The translations under genes and the position numbers were made by a program. Shown here piece by piece: positions 46,599 to 55,252 of a DNA stretch of 63,827 nt. The notes beneath the pieces were generated by a model. The model was given only the letters and a program-made list of their open reading frames with translations, was not told where the DNA came from and did not search any database. Position 1 is the stretch's first letter, and each line of letters begins with the position of its first letter. The stretch is from an uncultured Oscillospiraceae bacterium (GTDB lineage Bacteria; Bacillota; Clostridia; Oscillospirales; Oscillospiraceae), in the NCBI GenBank assembly GCA_964640905.1, contig CAZXIW010000001.1, forward strand, positions 1-63,827, in the 5' to 3' direction.

Positions 46599-48050
46599 AT
46601 GTTGAAGCGATGGGCGCTGCGGCTGCTGCTGATGGCTGCGCTGCTTGGCGCGTTTTCTGCGCCTGCGCTGGCAGATGACACTGATAACTGGTATGATGCG
46701 TCGGAAGAAGAATTTTTCTGGGAGGAGGAGCTTCCTGCCGGCGAGGAGCTCCCGGCCGGCGGGGAGAGCAGCGACGCACACAGCGCGGAGGCTGCTGTGG
46801 TCTTTCCGGATGTAACGGCAGACAGATGGTTCTATGAGGATGTGATGCATCTTTATCAGAACGGCATCATCGGCGGCTTTCCGGATGGAAGCTTCCGCCC
46901 GGAAAGCTCCGTCACCACCGGCCAGGCACTCAAGATGATCCTTCTGGCCGCAGGCTACGCAGAGCCTCCGGCGGCAGAGAGCCACTGGGCGCGGGGCTAT
47001 CTGAATTTTGCGCTGGATAACGCCATCCTTTCGCGCGGCGAGATCACCGACCTTGACATTTCCATCACAAGGGGCATGACCGCAACGCTTGCCGCGCGCG
47101 CGCTGGGTCTGACGCGCGTCGACAGCTGGCAGCGCTTTTCAGACACCAACGACGACAGCGCGCACGCGCTGGCCGAGATCGGCGTGATCGGCGGCTACCC
47201 GGACGGCACCTTCCGCCCGGGCGGCACACTCAGCCGCGCCGAGCTTTCGGCCATCGTCAGCCGCATTTATGACTTCCGCGCCATGCAGACCGAAACCGGC
47301 ACGGGCGATGCGCCGGAGGCCGAGCCTGTCATTGTGCTGCGCACAACCGAGTCCGGCGTCAGCTTCATCAAGGCGCGCGAAGGCTTCACCGAGACCGCCT
47401 ACTGGGACTATCAGCAGTATTCCATCGGCTACGGCAGCTACTGCGAAAAGGATGAATACCCCGACGGCATCACCGAGGACGAGGCCGACCATCTGCTTCG
47501 TCTGCGGCTTCAGGAATTTGAAGAAAAGCTCGACGCATTTCTGGATAAAAACAGAATCCAGCTCACCGATAACCAGTATGACGCGCTGATGTCGTTTACA
47601 TACAACAACGGCGAGTACTGGATGAGCGAGAAAAGCCCAAGCCGTCTTGCCTCGCTGCTCATCTCCGGGCGCTACAGCGTCAATGAGCTTGCCTCGGCCT
47701 ACGGCATCTGGTGTCATGTGGAGACGAGCTCCGGCATGCAGATCCACACGGGTCTAATTGAGCGGCGTCTGCGCGAGCTGAGCCTTTTCTTCTACGGCGA
47801 TTATCAGGCCGCCGGGACAAACGATTTCCATTACGTGATCTTTGAGACGGAGAAGGGCTCTCTGGAGGTCGACGTTGCAGTCTACGCGGCAGGCGGAAGC
47901 TATGACCCCATGTTTGAGGCCAGCTGTGATGATGACGAATTTTTCGGCTGGGTCACGCAGAACGGCGTTGTGATCGACGAGAGCACATGCGTCGAAGCTG
48001 ACGTAACACTGCGCGCGCTCTGGCTGAGCGAGGTCGAGGGGGGCTTCTAA
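46599..48050 (+). CDS. Secreted SLH-domain protein with GH24 (phage-lysozyme-type) muramidase domain
   Basis: Signal peptide; IIGGFPDGSFRP and IGGYPDGTFRP SLH motifs; FIKAREGF...YWD...SIGYG, QYDALMSFTYN and GLIERRLRE GH24 motifs. Confidence 0.85.
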   Translation: MLKRWALRLLLMAALLGAFSAPALADDTDNWYDASEEEFFWEEELPAGEELPAGGESSDAHSAEAAVVFPDVTADRWFYEDVMHLYQNGIIGGFPDGSFRPESSVTTGQALKMILLAAGYAEPPAAESHWARGYLNFALDNAILSRGEITDLDISITRGMTATLAARALGLTRVDSWQRFSDTNDDSAHALAEIGVIGGYPDGTFRPGGTLSRAELSAIVSRIYDFRAMQTETGTGDAPEAEPVIVLRTTESGVSFIKAREGFTETAYWDYQQYSIGYGSYCEKDEYPDGITEDEADHLLRLRLQEFEEKLDAFLDKNRIQLTDNQYDALMSFTYNNGEYWMSEKSPSRLASLLISGRYSVNELASAYGIWCHVETSSGMQIHTGLIERRLRELSLFFYGDYQAAGTNDFHYVIFETEKGSLEVDVAVYAAGGSYDPMFEASCDDDEFFGWVTQNGVVIDESTCVEADVTLRALWLSEVEGGF

Positions 48051-48134
48051 AAATCGGGAAGCCCTTAAAAAGTACAAATTATCGGACACATAATATGATA
48101 TTCTGTCCTCAGAAAAGCAAAGGAGCGCTGGAAG

Positions 48135-48248
48135 ATGGAATATCGTATGGAATATGTCAGAGGTCACATTGAGGTCTACTCGGCGCGCGGCGAGTTTCTC
48201 TTCTCCGCCGACACCATGGCCGAGGCGCATGAAATGCTGGAGGAATAG
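48135..48248 (+). CDS. 37-aa small protein (not in ORF track)
   Basis: AAGGAG RBS; MEYRMEYVRGHIEVYSARGEFLFSADTMAEAHEMLEE; stop is 1 nt before the next ATG. Confidence 0.7.
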   Translation: MEYRMEYVRGHIEVYSARGEFLFSADTMAEAHEMLEE

Positions 48249-48249
48249 G

Positions 48250-48591
48250 ATGAACATCCAGATCTTTGGAAGCGGAAAGTGCTTCGATACAAAAAAGGCC
48301 GAGCGCTGGTTTAAAGAGCGGAAGATCAAATTTCAGTCGATCGATCTTGTGCGCTACGGTATGTCGGGCGGGGAGTTTGACAGCGTCCTGCGCGCCGTCG
48401 GCGGGGTCGACAAGCTCATCGACTGGGAGAAAAAATCGCCGCAGATCGATCTCATGCGCTACATGGACGACGCGCGGGCAAAGGAAGACAAGCTCTTTGA
48501 CGAGCCGAAGCTCATGAAAACGCCCGTCGTCCGCAACGGAAAGCAGGCGACCGTCGGCTACTGCCCGGAGGTCTGGGAGAGCTGGAAATAA
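48250..48591 (+). CDS. ArsC/Spx-family protein
   Basis: IQIFG..KCFDTKKAERWFKER and LMKTPVVR motifs. Confidence 0.9.
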   Translation: MNIQIFGSGKCFDTKKAERWFKERKIKFQSIDLVRYGMSGGEFDSVLRAVGGVDKLIDWEKKSPQIDLMRYMDDARAKEDKLFDEPKLMKTPVVRNGKQATVGYCPEVWESWK

Positions 48592-48597
48592 AAAAGC

Positions 48598-48622
48598 GTG
48601 GTGCAGGCAAAGCCTGCACCAC
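48598..48622. terminator. Terminator hairpin between convergent genes
   Basis: GTGGTGCAGGC-aaa-GCCTGCACCAC. Confidence 0.75.
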
Positions 48623-48626
48623 ATTT

Positions 48627-48884
48627 TCAGGTTTCTGACATTTTTTTGAGTTCTGCCTGCCCGACGTCGATCTTCGCGTCCTTTGGCAGCCCCTGCGCAA
48701 TGGCGGGGAAGAAATGCTCCGTGTCGGCGGTTCTTTGAATCTCATACGTCCCATACCGGTTGATCAAATCCAGGCAGCTCTGCGGCTCGGACGGAAAATC
48801 GCGCACCATGGGCGACGGGTCATACGGAAAATCATGCACCGGCGGAAGCTTTTTGTCGCGCGCGGTGGTTGGCCTTTCTGACAT
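48627..48884 (-). CDS. Hypothetical protein, 85 aa
   Basis: GAGGTG RBS; LINRYGTYEIQRTADTEHFFPAIAQG core. Confidence 0.7.
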   Translation of the reverse strand: MSERPTTARDKKLPPVHDFPYDPSPMVRDFPSEPQSCLDLINRYGTYEIQRTADTEHFFPAIAQGLPKDAKIDVGQAELKKMSET

Positions 48885-48961
48885 TTTGCTCACCTCGCGC
48901 TTAGTCTGCGCAAAATAAGCGCGTCAAACCGCGCCAATATCCGCCAGCGGCGCAGGAAGCG

Positions 48962-49171
48962 CTAGAGGCTGAAATCCTGCTTGTCAAATTTTTCAAATTC
49001 CTTTGGCTTTACGCGCCCGGGAATCCGCTTGAGGGGATCATAGCGAAATTTACGGCAATGATGCGCGCAGGGGACAAGACCATGATACTGGCAGACCATC
49101 GTCTCCTCGTCGATTTTTCCCGCGAACTGGCAGTAGCTACAGTACCGGTCAATTTTTTTACGAAACAGCAA
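48962..49171 (-). CDS. Small Cys-rich (probable metal-binding) protein
   Basis: CSYC...C...C..FRYDPLKRIP; TTG start with AAGGCGG RBS (start uncertain). Confidence 0.75.
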   Translation of the reverse strand: MLFRKKIDRYCSYCQFAGKIDEETMVCQYHGLVPCAHHCRKFRYDPLKRIPGRVKPKEFEKFDKQDFSL

Positions 49172-49214
49172 TCCACACGCCGCCTTTCCATAAGCTCTCG
49201 TTCTCTCCGCCCCA

Positions 49215-50318
49215 TTATACACGATGGCGCGCGAAATTACTACCCGCCATTTTGCGGAAAATCACACATGCCGCGCCCGTAAGCAGCAGCGCCGCCGCAT
49301 ATGCCGCGCCAGGAGAGAAGGCCATACCCGCCGTCTGCACCGCCAGAAGCTCCGGCGCGGCCAGCGCATAGACCACCGCGCCAAGCAACGCGGCAAGCAG
49401 CCCCTGCAAAAGCTTTGGCCGGAAAACCTGCACCTCCGCCAGCTGCGCCGCGCGCAGAACACTGCGCGTCTGCGCATGGACGCTCAGCCCGCCAAAGGCC
49501 AGGAAAAACGAGCAGAGCACGAATTTGACTCCCTGCGAGGCCTGCATCGCGCCAAGCGCCTGCATGCCACAGGCCAGCTCCAGCGCGCCAGAGAACAGCC
49601 GAACGGCCTCCGGCGGAAAAAGCCGCGCCGCCAGAAGGCGCACCATGGCAGCCAGCACACCGAAGGTCAGCGCAAACATGCATACCTCCAGCATGCTCTG
49701 CCCGGCTTTTCTGACGCTCTCGGTCATGGCCGCAGAAAAGGGGAGCGGCGCCGAGGCCGATATCTGCGCGTGGGTTTCCTCTCCGGGCGGGGCGCTTTTT
49801 CTCCTTCCGGCCAGCCCCAGCGCCAGCGCCGAGAGCACCTGAACCAGATAAAGCAGCAGCCCCGCCAGCGGGCTTTGCCCCACGGCCTGCGCCGCCACGC
49901 CGAAGATAAACGCAGGGCCGCAGTTATTGCAGAAGCGGAGCAGCCGTTCGGCCTGCGCTTTGTCCATGCTCCCGCTTTGGTAAAGCGTCGCCACCGCCTG
50001 CGCCCCGGCGGGGTAGCCGCCCATCAGCCCCGGAAGCAGCGCCGCCGCGCCCGCGCCAGACAGACCAAAGAGCGGCTGCATCACGCCCCGGAGCGGCTTC
50101 TCCAGAAGCGCCGTCAGCCCCAGCGCGCAGAACAGATTGCTGCACACAAAAAAGGGAAACAGCGACGGCGTGAGCACCTGCGCGCACAGCCGCAGTGCAT
50201 CCACCGCCGCCGCGCTGCAGGCTGCCGGGCAAAGAATGAGAAAAAGATAGCACAGAAAAATGAGCGCCGCCTGGAAAAGCCGGACGCACTCTGCGCGCAT
50301 ACGCTGCTTCAAAGTCAA
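49215..50318 (-). CDS. ylbJ: Sporulation integral membrane protein YlbJ/SpoVV-like
   Basis: PSLFPFF, GGYPAGA, NNCGPAFI and FGGLSVHAQ motifs. Confidence 0.85.
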   Translation of the reverse strand: MTLKQRMRAECVRLFQAALIFLCYLFLILCPAACSAAAVDALRLCAQVLTPSLFPFFVCSNLFCALGLTALLEKPLRGVMQPLFGLSGAGAAALLPGLMGGYPAGAQAVATLYQSGSMDKAQAERLLRFCNNCGPAFIFGVAAQAVGQSPLAGLLLYLVQVLSALALGLAGRRKSAPPGEETHAQISASAPLPFSAAMTESVRKAGQSMLEVCMFALTFGVLAAMVRLLAARLFPPEAVRLFSGALELACGMQALGAMQASQGVKFVLCSFFLAFGGLSVHAQTRSVLRAAQLAEVQVFRPKLLQGLLAALLGAVVYALAAPELLAVQTAGMAFSPGAAYAAALLLTGAACVIFRKMAGSNFARHRV

Positions 50319-50330
50319 TCACCTCACAGC

Positions 50331-50374
50331 AATCTATGCCCGCCCGGAAAGATTTCAGTACCGCAGCATAGGAT
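50331..50374. promoter_or_regulatory. Back-to-back mother-cell (sigmaE-like) -10 elements for ylbJ and yqfC
   Basis: CATAGATT on minus (50338-50331) and CATAGGAT on plus (50367-50374); -35 elements unclear. Confidence 0.45.
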
Positions 50375-50388
50375 GCTTCTGAAAAGAG

Positions 50389-50676
50389 GTGGACAGGATG
50401 AACCCAGCAAGACGGCTTTTGACAAAGGCCGCAAAATTATTTGATCTTCCGCAGGACATCGCGGCCAATCTGCCGCACATTGAGCTGCGCGGCTTTACCG
50501 AGTGCAGTCTCGACTGCCACCGCGCCATCGTCGCCTATGAGCCGGAGAAAATCATCATTGCGCTCAACACCGGCGAGGTTCTGATCGAGGGCGCGGGTCT
50601 GGAGCTTCGGCACATGCACCGCGACCGGCTCACTGTGACCGGGCAGATCGCGGCGCTGACGTTTTCCGGGGGCTGA
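50389..50676 (+). CDS. yqfC: YabP/YqfC family sporulation protein
   Basis: DLPQDI..LPHIEL.G motif; directly upstream of yqfD. Confidence 0.88.
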   Translation: MDRMNPARRLLTKAAKLFDLPQDIAANLPHIELRGFTECSLDCHRAIVAYEPEKIIIALNTGEVLIEGAGLELRHMHRDRLTVTGQIAALTFSGG

Positions 50677-50678
50677 GC

Positions 50679-51881
50679 ATGTGGCTTCCGGTATGGTTCG
50701 TGCTCGGCTTCTGCCGGGTGCAGCTCACGGGCGCAAGCCCGCAGTGGGCGCTCGATGCGCTTTCCGGCGCGCGTGTGGCCTGCCTGCGCCCGGTGCGGCT
50801 GGATGATTTTACGATTGAGCTTCTGATTTTGCAGCGCGCGCTTGCCCCGGCCACACAGGCCGCCGGGCGGGCAATGTGTGAGCTTCGCGTTGTCCGGCGC
50901 TATGGCGTAAAGCAGGCGCTTGGCGGGCTTTTTTTCAGACGGCGGCTTTTTGCCCTTGGGCTGGCCGCATGCATGGTGTGCGCGGCGGTCGTTCCCAGAT
51001 TCGTGTTTTTCTATGAGGTCACCGGAAACGAAAGCGTCCCGGCGGAAAAAATCCTGCGCGCGCTTTCCTCGCTTGGCGTGGGCTTCGGGACATATGGCCC
51101 GAGCATCCATCCACAGGAGCTGAAAAACAAAATGCTGCTGCTCATTCCGGAGCTTCAGTGGTTTACCGTGCAGCAAAGCGGCATGCGCGCGCGTGTGGTC
51201 GTCCGCGAGCGGCCACAGATCCAGCACATCGAGCCACGCCGCCAGGCCATGGACGTGATCGCCGCAAAGGACGGCATTATCACCTCCGTCTCCGCGCTGG
51301 AGGGAAACTGCCTCTGCGCGCCGGGGCAGGCTGTGCAAAAGGGGGAGGTTCTGATCTCCGCGTATACCGATCTGGAGTTTACGACCCGCGTCTCAGCGGC
51401 GCTTGGCGAAATTTACGCGCAGACGCTGAGCTTTAAAACGCTCCGCATGCCGGAGCAGGTGCTGCAAAAAGGGGAGAGCTGGGCGCAGGGCACGCAAATT
51501 GCGCTTCTGCTTGGCAAAAAACGATGGATTATTTTTTCAAACAGTGGAAATCTGACTGGTAAGTGTGATAAAATAACGCAAAGAAAGCTTCTCACGCTCC
51601 CCGGCGCGCTGGAGCTTCCGCTGGGGCTTGAGATCACGCGCTGGCGCTGCCGCGCGCTGAACGAAGCCCCGCTCGACGAGCAGACCGCCGAGGCGGTCTT
51701 AACGGCGCAGTGCCAAAAAAGCGTGGAGCAGGACATGATCGCCGGGACGATTCAGGCGCTTCACGCCTCCATGACCCGGCAAAACGGAAGCTACCAGCTC
51801 AGCGCCCGCGTCCGCTGCGAGGAAATGATCGCCCGGATGGTGCGCACAAGCATTACAGGCATAAAGGAAGAGACACCATGA
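50679..51881 (+). CDS. yqfD: Sporulation protein YqfD
   Basis: TM followed by EVTGN; DVIAAKDGII and GQAVQKGEVLIS motifs; yqfC-yqfD-phoH synteny. Confidence 0.9.
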   Translation: MWLPVWFVLGFCRVQLTGASPQWALDALSGARVACLRPVRLDDFTIELLILQRALAPATQAAGRAMCELRVVRRYGVKQALGGLFFRRRLFALGLAACMVCAAVVPRFVFFYEVTGNESVPAEKILRALSSLGVGFGTYGPSIHPQELKNKMLLLIPELQWFTVQQSGMRARVVVRERPQIQHIEPRRQAMDVIAAKDGIITSVSALEGNCLCAPGQAVQKGEVLISAYTDLEFTTRVSAALGEIYAQTLSFKTLRMPEQVLQKGESWAQGTQIALLLGKKRWIIFSNSGNLTGKCDKITQRKLLTLPGALELPLGLEITRWRCRALNEAPLDEQTAEAVLTAQCQKSVEQDMIAGTIQALHASMTRQNGSYQLSARVRCEEMIARMVRTSITGIKEETP

Positions 51882-52900
51882 CAGAACGAATCATCAACGC
51901 CGAGCGCGTCGAGCAGCTGATCGACGTCTTCGGCTCTTTTGACGAAAATGTGAAAAAGATCGAGCAGGCCTTCGGCGTTCACATCACAAACCGCAACACC
52001 GAGCTGAAGGTCACGGCGGAGGATATTGAGGCCGTAGACGCGGGCGCGCGCGCCATTGAGGCGCTTCTGGCGCTGGCGGCCAAGGGCGAGGATATCGACG
52101 AGCAGAAGGTGCGTTATCTCATTGACCTTGTCCGCGCCGGGCGCGAGGAGCAGGTCACAAAGATGGCAAAGGATGTCGTCTGCGTGACGGCCAAGGGGCG
52201 GCCTGTGAAGGCCAAAACGCTCGGCCAGCAGACCTATCTCAAGGCCATCGCGAAAAACACCATCACGATTGGCGTCGGCCCGGCAGGCACGGGCAAGACC
52301 TATCTTGCCGTGGCGCAGGCTGTGGCCGCGTTCCGCGCCAGAGAGGTCAACCGCATCATCCTCACGCGCCCGGCCGTAGAGGCAGGCGAGCGCCTCGGCT
52401 TTTTGCCGGGCGACCTTCAAAACAAGGTAGACCCCTATTTAAGGCCGCTTTACGATGCACTCTTTGACATGCTGGGCGCAGAGACGTATAACAAGTATTT
52501 AGAGCGCGGAAACATTGAGGTCGCGCCCCTTGCCTACATGCGCGGGCGGACACTCGACGACAGCTTCATCATTCTCGACGAAGCGCAGAACACCACCCGC
52601 GAGCAGATGAAGATGTTTTTAACGCGCCTTGGCTTTGGCTCAAAGATCGTCATCACCGGCGACGTCACGCAAATTGACCTCCCGGGTGACAAGGTAAGCG
52701 GGCTCAAGGAAGCGGTCAAAATCCTGGACGGTGTGGAGGACATTGCCATCTGCCGCCTGACGGCCAGCGACGTCGTGCGCCACGCGCTGGTGCAGAAGAT
52801 CGTCGCGGCCTACGACCAGTTTGAAAAATCGCGCCTGCCGGAGCACCCGAAGACCTTTAAAGCCAACAAATCATTTCATCAAAAGAGGAACGCAACATGA
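51878..52900 (+). CDS. phoH: PhoH-family ATPase
   Basis: [33 protein letters not shown] and DEAQN motifs. Confidence 0.96.
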   Translation: MTERIINAERVEQLIDVFGSFDENVKKIEQAFGVHITNRNTELKVTAEDIEAVDAGARAIEALLALAAKGEDIDEQKVRYLIDLVRAGREEQVTKMAKDVVCVTAKGRPVKAKTLGQQTYLKAIAKNTITIGVGPAGTGKTYLAVAQAVAAFRAREVNRIILTRPAVEAGERLGFLPGDLQNKVDPYLRPLYDALFDMLGAETYNKYLERGNIEVAPLAYMRGRTLDDSFIILDEAQNTTREQMKMFLTRLGFGSKIVITGDVTQIDLPGDKVSGLKEAVKILDGVEDIAICRLTASDVVRHALVQKIVAAYDQFEKSRLPEHPKTFKANKSFHQKRNAT

Positions 52901-53394
52901 AGCACAGCATTGTCATGACCTGCGAGGCAAAACTGCCGGAGGCGCTGCTTTTCAAGCGCCAGATCCGCAAGTGCATTCTGGCCGCGCTGGAGATGGAGGG
53001 CGTTGATACGCCCTGCGAAATCAACGTCCTTCTGACAGACGACGCCTCCATCCATGCCATCAACAAGGCCTCCCGCGGCATCGACCGGGCAACGGACGTT
53101 CTGTCCTTTCCCATGTTCCAGCTGACCCCCGGCGCGCTGCCGGAGAGCTGGGAGGAATACAAAGACCCGGAGACCGGGCTTGTGCCGCTGGGGGATATGG
53201 CAATTTCTCTTGAGCGGGCAAAGCAGCAGGCAAAGGAGTTTGGCCACTCGGCAAGGCGCGAGGTCGGCTATCTGACCATCCACTCCATCTTGCACCTGCT
53301 CGGCTACGACCACATGGACGAGGGCGCAATGAAGCGGCAGATGCGCGCCAGAGAAGAGGCCATCCTTGCCGAGATCGAGCTGCCGCGAAAATAA
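52897..53394 (+). CDS. ybeY: rRNA maturation RNase YbeY
   Basis: TDVLSFP and HSILHLLGYDH motifs. Confidence 0.96.
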   Translation: MKHSIVMTCEAKLPEALLFKRQIRKCILAALEMEGVDTPCEINVLLTDDASIHAINKASRGIDRATDVLSFPMFQLTPGALPESWEEYKDPETGLVPLGDMAISLERAKQQAKEFGHSARREVGYLTIHSILHLLGYDHMDEGAMKRQMRAREEAILAEIELPRK

Positions 53395-53406
53395 GGAGAG
53401 AGACGA

Positions 53407-54300
53407 ATGAAACAGAAAACTGCCATGATTACCATTGCCGGCCGGCCAAACGTCGGCAAGTCGACGCTGACAAACGCGCTGGTCGGGGAGAAGATCGCCA
53501 TCGTCTCCAACAAGCCGCAGACAACAAGAAACCGCATCTGCGCCATCGTAAACCGCAAGGACACACAGCTGGTCTTCATCGACACCCCGGGCTTCCACCG
53601 CCCGCGCACCAAGCTTGGCGACTACATGGTAAACGTCGTGAAGGAATCGGTCTCGGATGTGGACGCGGTGCTTCTAATCGTCGAGCCGATTGCAAACGTC
53701 GGTGAGCAGGAGCATGAGCTCATCGAGCGCATCAAGGCCTCCGGCGCGCCGGCGATGCTGGTCATCAACAAAATTGACACGGTGGAAAAAGAAGCGCTGC
53801 TGCCGGTCATCGCGGCCTATCAGCAGGTGTTTGACTTTGACGCGGTGCTTCCCATCAGCGCCAAGTGGCGCGACGGTGTGGCGACGCTTCTTTCCGAGTG
53901 CGAAAAATACGCAAACCCCGGCCCCATGCTCTTCCCGGAGGATATGGTCACCGACATGCCCGAAAAGCAGGTCATGGCCGAGATCATCCGCGAAAAGCTT
54001 CTGTGGAATCTGGAAAAGGAAATTCCGCACGGCACAGCCGTTGAAATCACAAAATTCTCTGAGCGCGACGACGGCATCATCGACCTCGACGCGACCATCT
54101 ACTGCGAAAAGGCCAGCCACAAGGGCATCATCATCGGCAAGCAGGGCGCGATGCTCAAAAAGATCAGCTCGCAGGCGCGCGCAGACTGTGAGCGCTTCAT
54201 GGGCACGAAGGTCTTTTTGCAGACCTGGGTGCGCGTCAAGGAGAACTGGCGCGACAGCAATTACCTGATCTCAAACTTTGGCTACGATTCGCGGCAGTAA
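53407..54300 (+). CDS. era: GTPase Era
   Basis: GRPNVGKS, DTPG, NKID and IIIGKQG KH motifs. Confidence 0.97.
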   Translation: MKQKTAMITIAGRPNVGKSTLTNALVGEKIAIVSNKPQTTRNRICAIVNRKDTQLVFIDTPGFHRPRTKLGDYMVNVVKESVSDVDAVLLIVEPIANVGEQEHELIERIKASGAPAMLVINKIDTVEKEALLPVIAAYQQVFDFDAVLPISAKWRDGVATLLSECEKYANPGPMLFPEDMVTDMPEKQVMAEIIREKLLWNLEKEIPHGTAVEITKFSERDDGIIDLDATIYCEKASHKGIIIGKQGAMLKKISSQARADCERFMGTKVFLQTWVRVKENWRDSNYLISNFGYDSRQ

Positions 54301-54377
54301 CGCCGCAAATCGGGAGAAAGCTTCCAGTATCGCCCGGCCAGAATCGCATATCCTATGCCTTGCAGGGAGGTGCGGCA

Positions 54378-54479
54378 ATGCCCAGGCAGCTATTTTGGAC
54401 ACTTTTTCAGGATACCGGTGCGCCGGAGGCGTATCTGCTCTACAGAAGAGCCTCGCGCGCAGACAATCCGGAAAGCTGA
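54378..54479 (+). CDS. yqzL: YqzL-family small protein, 33 aa (not in ORF track)
   Basis: GGGAGGTG RBS; MPRQLFWTLFQDTGAPEAYLLYRR matches the WxxFxxTG...YLLY pattern; lies between era and recO. Confidence 0.82.
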   Translation: MPRQLFWTLFQDTGAPEAYLLYRRASRADNPES

Positions 54480-54488
54480 GGAAACGGC

Positions 54489-55235
54489 ATGTATCTGAAA
54501 ACACAGGGGCTTGTCCTGCGGACAACGCCCTACCGCGACAGCGACGCGATTTTATCCGTCCTCACGCGCGAGCAGGGGCTGATGACCGTCAAGGCGCGCG
54601 GCGTGCGCGCGCAGCGGAGCGCGCTCAAATCCGCCTGCCAGCTGCTGGCCTATTCGGAGTTTACCCTCCATGAGCGGCAGGGCTATTACACCGTCTGCGA
54701 GGCGGTGTGTCTGGAAATGTTTCAGGCGCTTCGCGGCGACATTGAGCTTTTGTCGCTCAGCAGCTATTTTGCGCAGGCGGCAGAGCTTTTGTCCCAGCAG
54801 GATGTCAACGACGGCGAGGTTCTGTCGCTGACGCTCAACAGCATCTATGCATTATGTAAACTAAATAAGCCGCAGCCGCTCGTCAAGGCCGCCTTCGAGC
54901 TTCGGATGATGGTGCTGGCGGGCTTTGCGCCGATGGTAGACGGGTGCGCAGTCTGCGGCTGTGAAAGCCCGGATCGGTTCGACGTGGCGGGGGGCATGGC
55001 GGTATGCAGCCGGTGCAGCGCGCCGGGCAGCCTCCGCCTTCCCATCAGCCCCGCATCGCTTGCCGCGATGCAGCACATCACGCAGTGCCCGCCCAGGCGG
55101 CTCTTTTCGTTTTCTCTTGCGCCGGAGGCCGGGAAGGAGCTTTCTGACCTCTGCGAGACGTATTTTCTGACCCGCCTTGAGCGCGGCTTTTCAACGCTCG
55201 ATTTTTACAAATCCCTGCGGATGATCTCCGTATGA
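54489..55235 (+). CDS. recO: DNA repair protein RecO
   Basis: TQGLVLR...D.IL, ARG and CAVC...CSRC zinc finger; era-recO synteny. Confidence 0.93.
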   Translation: MYLKTQGLVLRTTPYRDSDAILSVLTREQGLMTVKARGVRAQRSALKSACQLLAYSEFTLHERQGYYTVCEAVCLEMFQALRGDIELLSLSSYFAQAAELLSQQDVNDGEVLSLTLNSIYALCKLNKPQPLVKAAFELRMMVLAGFAPMVDGCAVCGCESPDRFDVAGGMAVCSRCSAPGSLRLPISPASLAAMQHITQCPPRRLFSFSLAPEAGKELSDLCETYFLTRLERGFSTLDFYKSLRMISV

Positions 55236-55252
55236 CATAAGGAACACAGCAT

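Noticed and set aside
46599-48050. Prophage remnant suggested by the lysozyme gene
   Set aside because: The protein has a signal peptide and SLH domains with host-like codon usage; no holin, structural or integrase genes nearby
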